DNA of 64,000 bases, from positions 7,339,334 through 7,403,333 of the forward strand of contig NC_092374.1 of assembly GCF_030028105.1 (NCBI RefSeq), written 5' to 3'. Positions 49,855-63,623 of this stretch are shown piece after piece. Under the pieces are notes generated by a model that was not told where the DNA came from, did not search any database, and was given only the letters and a program-made list of their open reading frames with translations. Position numbers and translations under genes: made by a program. Origin of the DNA: Mobula birostris (taxonomy: Eukaryota). Position 1 is the first letter of the stretch; every line of letters starts with the position of its first letter.

Positions 49855-52800
49855 ATATATATATAGAGAGGCTTTTAAAAGACGTTTGGATAGGCGCATG
49901 GATGTAAGGAAGGTAGAGAGATATGGACATGGTGTAGGTGGGGGGATTAGTGTTTGGATGCTTTTGATTTATTGAGTTGGTTCAGCGATCATTATGGGCC
50001 GAACGCCCTGTTCCTGTCCTGTACTCTTCAATGTTCTCCGTTCTGTGAGTGATGATAAGCCTGATTCTGATATGGGGCTCGATTGTGGACTGAGTGGGAA
50101 AGGGGAATCATGGTTGGGAAAAGGGGAAGGGAGCGGGAAACACCAGAGAGACATTGTGTAATGATCAATAAACCAGTTGTTTGGAATCAAACGATCTTGG
50201 CTGGCGTCTCAGGTCTGGGTGTGTCGGCACCCGCACCACCCCCTGCCCCAGCACTTCTCTGCCACCTGTCCCTCATTCGTCCCGTGGCACTTCATCCTCA
50301 CCATTCCCAACGGCCTTTGCTTCCACCACATTTACAAACTCGCTCTCCGCTCCACGTTGACAAATACAGAACTGCAAATGTCTTTGACACCCCAGCTATA
50401 TATAGGTATCTAAGAGTTTTTCACGGCACTGTAGAATTTCCAGAGAATTCTGCAGGAGACTAGATAGAAAGTCATAGAACAGTATAGCACAGGAAAAGGC
50501 GTTTCGGTCCACAAACTACTTAAAGTCATAATTAAATGCTTAACTAAACTAACTAACTGCCTCTGCTACACCGAGTCTATATTCCAAATCACAATTCATG
50601 CATCTGTCCAAGAGTGTCTTAAACGCCTCTCTCGAATCTGCCTTCCCCCACCCCAGCAGTGCGTTCTGCGTACCCAGCACTCTCTCTGTAAAGACAAATT
50701 TGTCCCCCACACCCCCTTTGAACTTACTCCCTCCCAGCTGAATTGACACCTTTCTTCAGCCAGGCAGTAGTGATTCTGTGAAATTCATTGCCACAGACGA
50801 CTGTGGGAAGCCAAGTCACCGGTATATTTAAAACGGAGTCTGATAGTTTCTTGATTAGTAAGTGTATCAAAGGTTACGGAAAGAGGGCAGGAGAATGGGG
50901 TTGAGAGGGAAACTAAATCAGCCATAATGGAATGGTGGAACAGAATCGATGGACTGAATGGCCTAATTCTGCTCCTATATCTTGTGATCTTACGGTCCAA
51001 TTCCTAGAGTGAACAGGGATAAAATACATAGATTTGGCAATTGCAATTAGTGGGTGAGGTCAAAGAGAGAGACCATAAAGTACGGGACTAGAGGGGGAGA
51101 GAACTGACCGGAAGGAAGAGGTCCTGCAGGTAAGTGGACACAGGGGGAGTTGGTGTCCGGGGTTTCATCGAAGGCAGAGTGACCATCATCACGGAGCACA
51201 AGAGACTGCAGATGCTGGAAACAAAACACACTGCAGGAACCCAAAATTCAACATTCAACGTTCAAATTGTTTCATATCATTTCCAGTAGACAAGTATAAA
51301 GGAGAATGAAATAATTGTTACTCTGGGTTAAAAGAAAATAAAGATAAAGAACACAATAATACAAAAATACACAAAATAAGTGTAAACACATAAGATAGTT
51401 TCTAGACACAGATTGATTGTGTGTCCATAAAGTGACATTAGGCACAGGAGTGTCTGTACATAAGGTGCCTGTCAAGAAATGATAAAGTGGTTGTGGTTGG
51501 GGGTGTGGAGGGGTGGGTTAGTGTGTGGGGGTGTTGATTAGACTTACTGCTCGGGGAAAGTAACTGTTTTTGAGTCTGGTTGTCCTGGTGTGGTCCTGAT
51601 GGGAGTGGGACAAACAGTCCGTGACAAAAAGGGGGGTTGGGAGTGAGATCATTCATGATGTCACCTGCCCTTTATTGGCACCTTTCTGTGTTTAATGCTG
51701 GGTAGGCTGGTGCCAGTGATGCATTGGGCAGTTTTGACTACCCATTGTAAAGGGTTAACGTTGTTATTATAGCTGAGGGTGGTAATAGATACAAGATCCA
51801 CTACCTATCCCCTATCCCAATGGCGTGCGCCTGAAATAGCCTCTGACAACCAAGTCCAGCTCCTGGCCTTCACGTCTGGCTCAGCTACAAAGCCCGGAGG
51901 AACCGTTTCTACTGACAGGAGAAAGGGCACATATGGGTCACTGGCACTTTAAAACCAATCGCTTTGGACAGATGGGGCTGGTCAATCATGGTTGGCAGCT
52001 CATCTAGGAGAAGGAAAATGCTGATCTCAAATCTCCACTGCCTTGTGAGTATACCCACTCATGGGAAGGCTTTGGGAGTAAACCCCGAGGGAAAATTCTG
52101 GAGCTGAAATCCCTCAGGCAGCCCTACGTTAAGTTCAACACTGACTGGCAACTCCTGTGATGCAGCTGGTGCCAAACTGTACTGGTCTCTGCCATTCCTT
52201 TGGGTTCATCAGATGCTTGGAGAGGGGGTTCTTGCTACATGAGCAACAACCTTCTGTCCATATGGTACTGCCCTGACTTGCGTATCTAGGCAGCTCGGAC
52301 ACAACATCCATGGTTGACCCTGACCGACAGAGGCCTCTCTCATCACTCCCACTGTAAAGTGTTCCTGGAGCAGTTCTGTCTGTAATCATGTTGGTGGGTG
52401 TCCAATGTGGCAGGAATCAAATTTTTGATATGTGCCGTATCAGAACAGGTCAGACAGCATCTGTGGAGACAGATGTACAGGTGAGGTTTGAAGGAGATGG
52501 ACAGTTGATGTTTTTGGTCGAGTTGAGACCCTTCCTGTGAACCGCTCTATCTGTCACATTGTTTCTTGTATTACCTGCAGCAATAATCAGTCTGCTATGC
52601 ACAGGGAACGTTTGAATGCTTGAGGACGTTCTCCCTGGAGTGTAGGAGAATGAGAGGAGGTTTGATCGAGGTATGCAAAATTGTGGGGGGTATGGACAGG
52701 CTTTTTTCCACTGAGGTCAGGCTGAGACTGGAGGCCTGGGGTTGGATGACTGTCCCTGTGTGTGGGTGGGTGGGTGTGAGGGAGCAATGGGGCTTGTCTC

Positions 52801-53100
52801 ACTATTGACGTTCAGGTGCTGTTGTGTTCTGTGTTGTTCTGCTGAGCATGGTGAGCTTGTTATGTGGCAACTCTTGCGGGCTGCCCCCAGCTCATCCTCA
52901 ACACAAATGCTGCATTTCACTGTATGTTTCAATGTACATGTGACAAATAAAGCTCATCTTGTGTATAGTTTTTCATAAGTTCTCTGGTATTTCTTTTCAC
53001 CTGTAAACCTCTGCAGACAATGAATCTCATACTTTGATAATCAATTTACTTTGGAACTTTGCCCCTGGTGACTTTTTCCAGTTTAAGTTCAATAAATTTT
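49855..53100. repeat. Mosaic of short LINE 3' ends, SINE-like and Penelope fragments
   Basis: CR1 tails (49870-50040, 50460-51000), Penelope-like piece (51050-51250), Rex-type 3'UTR (51250-51760); 51790-52340 has an inverted relative at 54500-54790. Boundaries approximate. Confidence 0.55.
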
Positions 53101-53239
53101 TCTAATATTCTCATGCAATTTTTAATCTATATAGAGTCCAAACCATCTTTTTGTTCCCTCTTACTCTGATATGACTCTCTCTCTAGCTCAATAGTGAGAG
53201 AGGGTCTGCTGATTCTCGAGTCAGGGGAACTTGAAATAA

Positions 53240-53760
53240 GCGACACTGCAGAATTTGGCCATTTGGCCCATTGAATCAGCTCCACCATTTCATCATGGCC
53301 AATCCAATTTTCCACTCAGCCCCAGTCTCCTGCATTTTCCCATATCCCTTCATGTCAATCAAGAATCTATCAAACTCTGTTTTAAATATACATAAAGGCT
53401 TGGCCTCCACAGCTGCCTCTGATAACAAATTCCACAGATTCACCACTCTCTGGCTAAAGAAATTCCTCCTCATCTCTATTGTAAAAGGATGCCCCACTAT
53501 TCTGGGCTGTGAACTCTGGTCTTAGACTCTCCCACCATAGGAAACATCCTCTCCACATCTACTACGTCGAGGCCTTTCACCATTCATTAGGTTTCAATGA
53601 AGTCACTCCTCATTCTAATGAATTCCAGTGAACACAGGCCCAGAGCCATCAAACACTGTTAATGTGACAAGCCATTCAATCCTGGAATCATTTTCCGTGA
53701 ACCTCCTTTGAACCCTCTCCAGATTCAGCACATCCTTTCTCAGATAAAGGGACCCAAAAC
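53240..53760 (-). mobile_element. CR1 3' fragment
   Basis: YLRKDVLNLERVQRRFT and RRNFFSQRVVNLWN. Confidence 0.85.
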
Positions 53761-53779
53761 TGCTTCTGATATTCAGAGG

Positions 53780-55580
53780 AACAAACAGGAGATTCTGTGG
53801 ATGTGAACAGGACACCCAGATGCGATGTTGACTCCCAGGTGCCAGGGTGAGGGACGTCTCAGATCGTGTCCACAGCATTATGGAGAGGGAGGGAGAGCAG
53901 CCAGACATTTTGATACATATTGGTACCAATGACAAAGCAAAGAAAAGCAAAGAGTGAATTTAGACAGCTCGGTAGAAAGCTGAAAAGCAGGACCTCCAGG
54001 GTAGTAATCTCTGCATTGCTGCCTGTGCCACATGGCAGTGATGGTAGAAACGGGATGATTAGGTGGATAAATGCGTGGCTGAGAGGCTGGTGCAGGGGCC
54101 AGGGCTTTGGTTTCGGATTATTGGGGTCTCTTCTGGTGGTGGTATGACCATGTTCAAAAGTGATGGGTTACACCTGAACTCAGGGGAAACCAATATTCTT
54201 GTGGGCAGGTTTGTTCGAGCTGTTGGGGAGAGTTTAATCTAATTGGGCAGGGGGATGGCAACTGGAGTGCGGGGACTCAGGATAGGACAGATGGTGAAAA
54301 AGCAAAGACAGCATGCAGTCAGACTGTCAGGAAGGACAGGCAGCCATCAGGGTGAGTGTCAGTGCATCAGGGATGCGGAATCAAAAAGGGGAGCAAATAC
54401 AGTCGGCAGCCGTCAATCCCAGGGGATCATGGGTTTGCGCCTCTGGTGGACTGTGTCCTCTCCAGGGCACAAGCCTGGGTGGGAAGATTTGAAGAACCGG
54501 CTGTTCCCGTGCAGTGGGCTCCCCCTCTCCACGTCACTGATGTAGTCCAAGGGAAGGGCAAACACCGATACAGCTTGACACCAGTGTCGTCACAGAGGTT
54601 GCCAGAGTGAAGTTGTAAACAACATCAAACTGCCTTAGGGACCCCAGCTCTGGATTTCTTCCTCGGGGTTTACTCCCAAAGCCTTTCCCATGGGTGGGTA
54701 TGGCCGCAAGTAATGAAGGCTTAAAATCAGAGTTTTCCTTCTCCGAGACGGGCTGTCGTCCAAGGCTGATGAGCCCCATCTGCCTGAAAAGCAAATACAG
54801 TACTCAGTGTGTTATATCACAATGTACTGAGAATAGGAAATGAGGTGGATGATCTTGTTGCAATATTACAGATTGTCAGGTATGATGTTGTGGCCATCAC
54901 TGAATCATGGCTGAAGGATGGTTGGAGTTGGGAGCTGAATGTCCAAGGTTACACATTGTATCAGAGGGATAGGAAGGTAGGCAGAGGGGCTGGTGTGGCT
55001 CTGCTGGTAAAGAATGGCATCAAATCGGTAGAAACATCTGACATTGGATCAGAAGATATTGAATCCTTGTGGGTTGAGTTCAGAAACTGCAAGGGTAAAA
55101 GGACCCTGATGGCAGTTATATACAGCCTCCCAACAGTAGCTGGGATTTGGACTGCAGATGACAAAGGGAAATTTGTCATTGAGCCTACTGGGGGATCAGC
55201 TGTACTGAATTGGGTGTTACGTAATGAACTGGAGGTGATTAGGGAACTTAAGCTAAAAGAACCCTGAGGAAATAGTGACCACAATATGATTGTGTTCAAC
55301 TTGAAATTTGATAGGGAGAAAGTAAAGTCTGATGTAGCAGTATTTCAGTGGAGTAAAGGAAATTACAGTGGTGTGAGAGAGGAGTGGGCTGAAGTAAATT
55401 GGAATGAGATGCTGGCAGGGATGACAGCAGAGCAGCCACGGTTTGAGTTTCTATGAAAAATGAGGAAGGTGCAGGGTAGATGCGTTCCAAAAACAAAGGA
55501 AACCTCAAACAGCAAAATAATATAACTGTGGTTGACAAGGGAAGTGAAAGCTAATGTAAAAGCAAAAGAGAGGGCAAGAG
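53780..55580 (+). mobile_element. CR1 ORF1 esterase and endonuclease fragments with intervening repeats
   Basis: HIGTND-like segment near 53915; EN ORF 54809-55267 (YDVVAITESWLK). Confidence 0.8.
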
Positions 55581-55800
55581 GCTGAGTACAGAAGAGTGGT
55601 GGACAACTTTGTTGAGTGGTGTGGGCTGAATTACCTGCAGCTCAACATCACTAAAACAAAGGAGTTGGTGGTGGACTTCAGGAAGGTGAAAACACCCTGC
55701 ATTCCCATCTCCGTCAAGGGAACGGATGTGGAAGTCGTCCAATACTACAAATACCTGAGAACTCACCTGGACAATAAACTGGACTGGACTAAAAATACGT
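55580..55800 (+). mobile_element. Rex-type RT fragment
   Basis: FVEWC..NYLQLNITKTKELVVDFRK..KYL..HLDNKLDW. Confidence 0.8.
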
Positions 55801-58800
55801 TTGGGACAAGCACTCCGGGCGTAGGTTCCTGGTGGACACGGGGGCGGAAATCAGTGTTCTACCCCCCTCGAGCCACAATACCCAAACTAGAAGAACAGAA
55901 CCGGAACTTATGGCAGCCAACAGCTGTACCATCTGCACCTACGGCACAAGAACCATCCCCTTGCAGTTCGGTTCCAGCCACTTTACATGGACATTTACGC
56001 TGGCCGCAGTATCACAGCCATTGCGCACTGCCTGCTCGTGGATTTGAAGGGACGACGATTGGTCGATGTGAAGACGTTCCAAACTTTCTCCCTCGGTGAG
56101 GCCAGGCTACCGGCCCCGCAGCTGGACTCTGCCACTTATTCCGACAACGAGTTCGCCAGAGTGTTATCGGAGTTCCCATCTATCATCACGCCGCAGTTTT
56201 CCTCAACAAACCCCAAGCACGGCGTGATGCATCACATCCCCACACGGGGACCTCCCCTTCATGCCCGGGCCCACAGACTACCGCCCGACAAGCTCCGCCT
56301 CATGAAGGAGGAATTCAAGAAGGTGGAGATGGGGATTGTGCGGCATTCCGACAGCCCGTGGGCCTCCCCACTCCATATGGTGCCCAAGTCTGCGGGAGGG
56401 TGGAGATCACACTGCGACTATCGGAGGCTGAACGACGCCACCTCGTCCGATCGCTATCCGGTACCACACATCCAGGACTTTATGGCCAACCTGCATGGGA
56501 CGTGCATCTTTCCGAAGATTGACCTGGTCCGAGGGTATCATCAGATCCCAGTCCACCCGGACGATGTACCCAAGACGGCCCTCATTACCCCCTTTGGCCT
56601 GTTCGAGTTCCTCAGGACGCCGTTCGGGCTCAAAAACACGATGCAAATGTTCCAGTGCCTGATGGACGCAGTAGGGCGAGGTCTGGACTTTCTGTTCATC
56701 TACCTGGATCCACCAGGAACATCTAGCACATTTACGTCTGCTCTGCAGCCGCCTAAGCGACTACGTCCTGGCTATCAACCCCACCCAGCGCCAATTCGGC
56801 CTACCCGCCATCGACTTCTTGGGACACTGGATCGACCCCCATGGAGCTGTGCCCCTGCCAGCAAAAGTTGAGGCCATCCGCCAATTCGCCAGACCCAGCA
56901 CTGTTACAGGCCTGCAGGAATTTGTTGGGATGGTTAACTTTTACCACCGTTTCCTGCCCTCAGTGGCCTGGATCATGCGGCCCCTTTTCGGCTTGATGTC
57001 CGGCAAGCTCAAAGAGGTCACCTGGACAGAGGAGGCGTAGGCGGCTTTTGAACAGGCCAAGAACATACTAGCAAACGCCACGCTCCTGGTCCACCCCCGG
57101 GTCGACGTCCCCACTGCCCTCACTGTGGATGCCTTCAACGCGGCAGTTGGCAGCATGCTCGAGCAGCTCATCGAAGGCCAGTGGAGGCCACTTGCTTTTT
57201 CCAACCAGCACCTACGACCCCCAGAACTTAAGTACAACGCTTTCGACAGGGAGCTGTTGGCCCTGTACCTTGCCATCTGGCACTTCAGGTATTTCCTGCA
57301 AGGGAGAGAGTTCACGGTCTTCTCAGACCACAAGCCCCTCACTTTCGCGTTTGCCAAAGTGTCAGACCCGTGATCCGGCTGCCAGCAACGCCACCTGTCG
57401 TACATCTCGGAGTTTACCACCATGATCAAGCACATCTCCCGGAAGAACAATGTGGTAGCTGACGCGCTGTCATGCACCTCCGTCCAATCAGTGCACCCTC
57501 TGTCTCCAGGGGTGGATTACGCTGCGTTAGCTAAGACGCAACAACTGGACAGCGAGGTGCCAGTGTACTGAACCACAGTCTCAGGACTCAGCCTCGAAGA
57601 CATACCCATTGGGCCCGAAGGTAATGAGCTCCTTTGCGATGTGTCCACCGGGCAACCTCGGCCCAGTGCTCCGACCGCTTGGAGGCGCCGCGTTTTCGAC
57701 ACCTTGCACGGTTTAACCCACCCTTCCATCCGGGCGACCATCCGGCTGATCGCAGACAGGTTTGTGTGGCACGGCGTACGCAAGCAGGTCGGGCACTGGG
57801 CCAGGACATGCATGCACTGTCAAACCTCCAAAATCCAGAGTCACGCGAGGGCCCCACTGCAACCCTCCCAGCCGATGCATAGGAGGTTCGAACATGTCCA
57901 TGTGGACATCGTCGGCCCACTGCTGGTTTCGAGAGGAGTGAGATACCTGTTCACCACGGTGGACAGGTTCACGAGGTGGCCGGAAGCTACCCCACTCGCT
58001 GACACGGCCACGGAGACATGTGCCAGAGCCCTGATTACTATCTGGGTGGCACGGTTCGGAGTTCCAGCCCATGTCACTTCAGACAGGGGTGCGCAGTTCA
58101 CATCGGCTTTGTGATCTGCACTGGCACAACTCCTGGGAACCCAGCTCCACCGAACGACTGCAGTCCAATGGCCTGGTGGAACGTTTCCACAGGCACTTGA
58201 AGTCAGCCCTGATGGCATGCCTCCAAGGGCCAGACTGGGTTGACAAACTCCCCTGGGTGCTGCTTGGCAACTGCACAGCACCCAAGGAGGACCTGGCCGC
58301 GTCATCGGCCGAACTCGTTTACAGTGCCCCGCTCACAGTTCCTGGTGAGTTTGTGCCAGCACCCCGTGGCCAGGAGGACACACCTACGGCGGTCCTAACT
58401 AAACTCCGGGAGCGGCTTAGGACACTTGCCCCAGTCCCGACATCCCATCATGGAACAACACCTTCTTTCGTGCCCAAGGACCTACAACAGAGCAAGTATG
58501 TTTTCATTCGCCGAGGCGTGCACAGACCACCCCTGCAGCGACCAAACGAAGGACCCTACAAGGTGGTGCGCCATAATGGGACGACCTGCGTTCTCGACAT
58601 CGGCGGTTGTGAAGAGACTTTTACCATTGACCGTCTCAACCTGGCGCATCTAGACCTTGAACGCCCGGTTGCAGTGCCACCCCCACGACGACGAGGCTGG
58701 CCACCTGGAAGAACTGACAGTGTGCAGGCTGTGGACTCTGCACCTCCTAGCGCCGGTTCTGGGGGGGGGGGTCATGTGGTGGCTCGCCCACGCGGCAAGC

Positions 58801-59013
58801 AAACCGGCTCCAGCAGTCGCGGGCAAGTCCACAGCCAGCGGCAACCGAGAGGGCTCTGAGTGCGGGGCAGACCTCGGCCCGGAAGCCGACGTCACTTCCA
58901 CCCCGCAAAGAGCGGGCACTTAAACGTGCGTGAATTGAAACAGTAAAGAGTTCAACCAGACTCTGCTCGACTCAGTGTGTTGCTTTCACTCGATGTGTAT
59001 CACCGCGACCACA
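55801..59013 (+). mobile_element. Gypsy LTR retrotransposon B: pol (PR, RT, RH, IN) and 3' LTR, frameshifted
   Basis: FLVDTGAEISVLP (protease), WASPLHMVPK, DYRRLN, KIDLVRGYHQIP, RNase H 57120-57370, integrase HVDIVGPL, TSDRGAQFTS, NGLVERFHR; G-run PPT at 58761-58771; LTR 58775-59013 with TGTGGT...ACCACA termini. Confidence 0.93.
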
Positions 59014-59900
59014 ATACGAAGATTGGTGGAGGGGCATGTAGTGTTGAGCAAACAGGTAGGCTGCAGAAGGACTTAGACAGATTAGGAGAATGGGCAAAAA
59101 AGTGGCAAATGAAACACAATGTTGGAAAATGTGTGGTCATGGTAGAAGAAATAAATGTGCGGACTGTTTTCTAAACAGGGAGAAAATTCAAAAATCTGAG
59201 ATGCAAAGGGACTTGGGAGTTGTTCTGCATAACACCCTAAAGGTTAACTTGCAGGTAGAGTTGGTGGTGAGGAAGGGAAATGCAATGTTTGCATTCATTT
59301 CAAGAGGTCTGGAATACAAGAGCAGGGATGTGATGCTGAGGCTTTATAAGGCACTGGTGAGGCTTCACCTTGAGAATTGTGACTCGTTCTGGGCTCCCTA
59401 TCTAAGAAAAGATGTTCAGGCATTGGAGAGGGTTCAGAGGCAGTTCACAAGGATGGTTCCGGGAATGAATGGGTTATCATACGAGGAACGTTTGATAACT
59501 CTGGGCCTGTACTTGCTGGAATTTAGAAGGATGAGGGGGATCTTACTGAAACCTTTTGAATGTTGAAAGGGCTAGATAGAGTAGTTGCGGAAAGGATGTT
59601 TCCCATGGTGGGGGAGTCTAGGACAAGAGGTCACAGCCTCAGGATAGACGGATGTCCATCCAAAACAGATATTCAGAGAAATTTCTTCTGCCAGAGGTAG
59701 TGAATTTGTGAAATTTATTACCACAGGCAGCTGTGGTGACCAGGTTGTTGGGTGTATTTAAGGCGGAGATTGATATGTTCTTGATTGTCCACGACATCAA
59801 AGATTACCGGAAGAAGGCTGGATAGTGGTGCTGAAGAGGGAAAAAAAGGATCAACCATGATTGAATGATGGAGCAGACTTGATGGGCAGAATGGCCTCAT
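59014..59900 (+). mobile_element. CR1 3' fragment
   Basis: TKIGG, RLQKDLDRLGEWAKKWQM, ALVRLHLENC..W.PYLRKDV. Confidence 0.88.
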
Positions 59901-59924
59901 TCTGCTCCTATGTCTTATGGTCTT

Positions 59925-60710
59925 ATTATCTAGTCTTTGCTCTATTATATGCCCTCTATACACAAACAAAGACAGACATACAACCAATATACAAAAAATG
60001 ACAAACTGGGCAAAAAGAATGAGATAAGTAACACTGAGAACATGAGTTACAGAATCCTTGAAAGTGAATCCATCGGTTGTCGAATCAGTTCACAGTTGAG
60101 CTGAGTGAAGTTTTCCACACTGGTTCAGGAGCCTGATGGTTGAGGGGTAATAACTGTTCCTGAACCTGGTGGTGTGGGTCCTGAGGCTCCTATACCTCCT
60201 GCCTGATGGTTGAGGGGTAATAACTGTTCCTGAACCTGGTGGTGTGGGTCCTGAGGCTCCTCTACCTCCTGCCTGATGGTTGAGGGGTAATAACAGTTCC
60301 TGAACCTGGTGGTGTGAGTCCTGAGGCTCCTGTACCTCCTGCCTGATAGTTCAGGGGTAATAACAGTTCCTGAACCTGGTGGAGTGGGTCCTGAGGCTCC
60401 TGTACCTCCTGCCTGATGGTTGACGGGTAATAACGGTTCCTGAACCTGGTGGTGTGGGTCCTGAGGCTCCTGTACCTCCTGCCTGATGGCAACAATGAGA
60501 AGAGAGCTTGGCCTGGTTGGTGGGGGTCCTTGATGATGGTCACTGCTTTCTTGTGACTGCACTCCTTGTAGATGTGCTCAATGGTGGGGAGGGCATCTCC
60601 TGTGACGGACTGGGCCGTACCCACCTCTTTCTGTAGGATTTTTTGTTCTTGGGCATTGGGACTTCCACACCCGGTCGTGATGCGACCAGTCCACAAGCTC
60701 TCCACTGTGC
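59925..60710 (-). mobile_element. Rex-type LINE 3' fragment containing a 70-bp tandem expansion
   Basis: IIKDPHQPGQALFSLLPSGRRYRSLRTHTTRFRN. Confidence 0.82.
60131..60490. repeat. 70-bp tandem repeat, about 5 copies
   Basis: gcctgat(g/a)g recurs at 60131, 60201, 60271, 60341, 60411 and 60481. Confidence 0.95.
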
Positions 60711-62236
60711 ATTTTTTTTTAATTAAGTGCAATCGTGAACAATAGCAAGAACAGAAATGCTGATCAAGTCGACTAGTTCCCAAAGAGAACTCTGATAGGC
60801 CAATCAGATGATTCACTGCTGCTCAGCGATAGAATTCAAAAAATCATGTGTACTATTAAAAAACATTAAAGAATAGTAGAAATACTGGAGTCACGGTGAT
60901 CATGATGGTCTGCTGGAGAGAGACATCTATACACATGCTGTCCTCCGTAATTCAAAGAGATTGAAGGATGAGGTTGCAGGGTGACAAAACGTGGCAGGAG
61001 AACTTGGAATTAAAACTAATCCCTACCGGGAGAAAACAGCACCTGTTCTTTCCGCACTCTTCTCCAGCAGTTTAGCACTGTTCTTTAACATTACAGAAGT
61101 TACTCACACCAGAGATCATAGGTTCACATTATAATATTGGTAACAAGAGTGACAACTAGAAAGAGGAACTTACAAACGTTTGTAGATGGTGCCAGAGAAT
61201 GACTTCTTCGAGCTCATCTGTGAAACAGCTTAAATTCCTCTCTTTAATGTCTCCTTTTTCCCCTATTCAAGGGTACAGGAGTCCTGTTGGAGTCCGTGAT
61301 CTACGACTGCACTCAAACAGCAGTGGGTTCCCGCTCCCAGAGCTTGCTGACTGCCCATTTTTGATATCTCCGGGGTGGCCTGGAAGACATGTATCTTTGG
61401 GGTGCGGCCTTGCGAAGCCCCTGTGGACTGGATTCCATGGCACTGTCACCAACTGAAGCGTTACAAAAGATTGAAACATTGAGTCAGGGGGTGCGGCAGT
61501 CGGAGGCCTCTGCACTGGAGTGATGTTCATATTTGTTCTCCCTCTCCTCCTCCACCTCTCGCCCCTCTGTCTCCCCCTCTTCCCCTCCCTCTCCACCTCT
61601 CTCTCTCCCCTCTCTCTCTGCCACCAGAGGATGGTACTGGAATCTTGGGTCTTGGGCAAGGTTTGATCGCTGTGGATGGGACTCTGTAGTTCATGTTAAG
61701 ATGTGTTTCTGATCTCTGGTTGCTCCTTTTTTTTGCTATTTTGTGTGATTTTGGTCAGGACGGACTGGCTCTGTGGCCTGCAGGCAACGAGTGGCGGCGT
61801 GAGATTGAGCTGAACTGAACTAAACTGAACATTCCTGCACTGGTTGAAGAACTCTGCGGTTTGATGTTTTATATTCTGGGTTTTATTCGCTTGTTTCTTT
61901 TTGTTGTTTGCACAATTTGTTCTGTCTTCTGCACGTTGGGTGTCTGAGCTTTTTCTTTGAACGGGATCCACAGTGTTTCATTGTTTCGTGGCTGTCTGTG
62001 GGAAGACAAATCTCAGGGTTGAATACTGCACATGTACTTTGATAACAAATGTACTTTGAACTTTAAATAAATAAATTTTGCAAGTTTTCATCACTTTTTT
62101 ATATTTCAAAAATAAGCCTCGTACATATTAAAAATATATACAAAGAAACTACAAAATCTTTATATTCAGGTCATTAATTAGTGTCAACCTATTTTTTAAA
62201 ATTATAACACCACTGTCATTTAAGTGGCCACTAGTC

Positions 62237-62777
62237 TGTTCAAGGGGCTTCCCCACTGGCCTCAGCCCTCCAGTTGAGGTACTGGACATCCCGTTGCCCT
62301 GGGTGACCAACAAGTTTTGGGCAGATCAAAGTGTCAGGCTTGCTCACACTGACAACCCCAGCCTGCACATTCAGGCACCTCGCATCTCCACCCAGCCAAT
62401 AGGATTCACCTGCCGATCATTCCAGACTCATCACCGGCAGCCTATTTAAACCCAGTTCTCATCCACACTCCTTGTTCACTCATCAAACCAGCTGACCTGA
62501 AATAGTTATTCCCAGCCTTCACTCTCCCTGTCTAAAGTTTACCTTGTTGCCTGTTTCTGTTTCTCTCTTGTTTTATGGCCCCTCATGGCTTGTTATTTTA
62601 CAGTCTATTATCAAAGTTATTGTTCACGGCTGAATCGTCTCCGCTGCTCTGCTTTTGGGATAAGCCTCCTCGACATTCCCTGACACAAAGTACTTCCGTC
62701 ACTGAGTTGCTGATCTTCCAGCACACTTGTAGTCTGCCTCGGTACACCCGTACATCAGAGAGTCAGTCCGCTGTTAC
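62237..62777 (+). mobile_element. Possible solo LTR
   Basis: TG...CA bounded; TATTTAAA box; ctgcttttggg motif as near the end of the LTR at 12080; no TSD confirmed. Confidence 0.4.
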
Positions 62778-62934
62778 ACAGCTGCTGTGAGGAATGAACT
62801 GTGACACGAGCTCTTGCATCTTCTCCACATCCTCTTAGCAAATCCACATTCTGCAAGGAGCTGGGTGACCACAGGAATGTGTTTTTTAAAATTTATTGCA
62901 CAAACAATTTACAAGAATAAACTTTATTACGTCA

Positions 62935-63345
62935 CCATAAGTTATAGGAGCAGAATGAGGCCACTCAGCCCATCAATTCTGCTCCATCATTGCTGATTTA
63001 TTTTCCATCTCAAGCCCATTCTCTTCCCTTCTCCCTGCAACCTTTAACTCCCTGACTAATCAGGAACCTACCAAGCTCTGCTTTAAATATGCCCACTGAT
63101 TTGGCCTCCACAGCTGTGTATTGCAATGAATTCCACAGATTCACCACTCTCTGGCTAAAGAAATTCCTCCTCATCTCTGTTCTAAATGGCCATCCTTCTA
63201 TTCTGAGGCTGTGCCCTCAGATCCAAGACTTGCCCAGAATCGGAAACATCCTCTCCATGTCCACTCTATCTAGGCCTCTCAGTAATGCAGAGTTTTCAAT
63301 GAGACCCCTGCACCCCCAGCATTCTTCTAAACTCCAGCGAGTACA
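62935..63345 (-). mobile_element. CR1 3' fragment
   Basis: Similar to 53240-53620; LEFRRM..; SINE/LINE-like tail. Confidence 0.8.
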
Positions 63346-63623
63346 AGACCAGAGTTATTAAGCACCATAGACAGCACCCTGTCTTGATGCATCTCAGCAT
63401 GATGTGCACATCTGTCTGTAACACAAGAAACTGTTTATTTCGTTGATGTGGGACAGATAAGCCAATCTGTAACTTAATCTTGCTCAAGTCACTGAGAGCT
63501 CTCTGTTGTTCTTCCTACTGCAATGAAAAAGGAGATATTTTCAGCTACTTCCTTATTTATCACATCCCCAAAAGGCAAGGTCAGTCTTTTCAGCTGTGAA
63601 ACTAATTAAGCATTATTAATATT

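Noticed and set aside
53163-53230. Possible minus-strand exon ending in a GTAAGA donor (..ELERESYQ)
   Set aside because: Weak acceptor, two of three frames closed, and no homology recognised.
61199-61659. Overlapping 85-aa and 130-aa ORFs
   Set aside because: No recognisable domain; one includes a purine-rich low-complexity run; the splice frames I tried hit stops.
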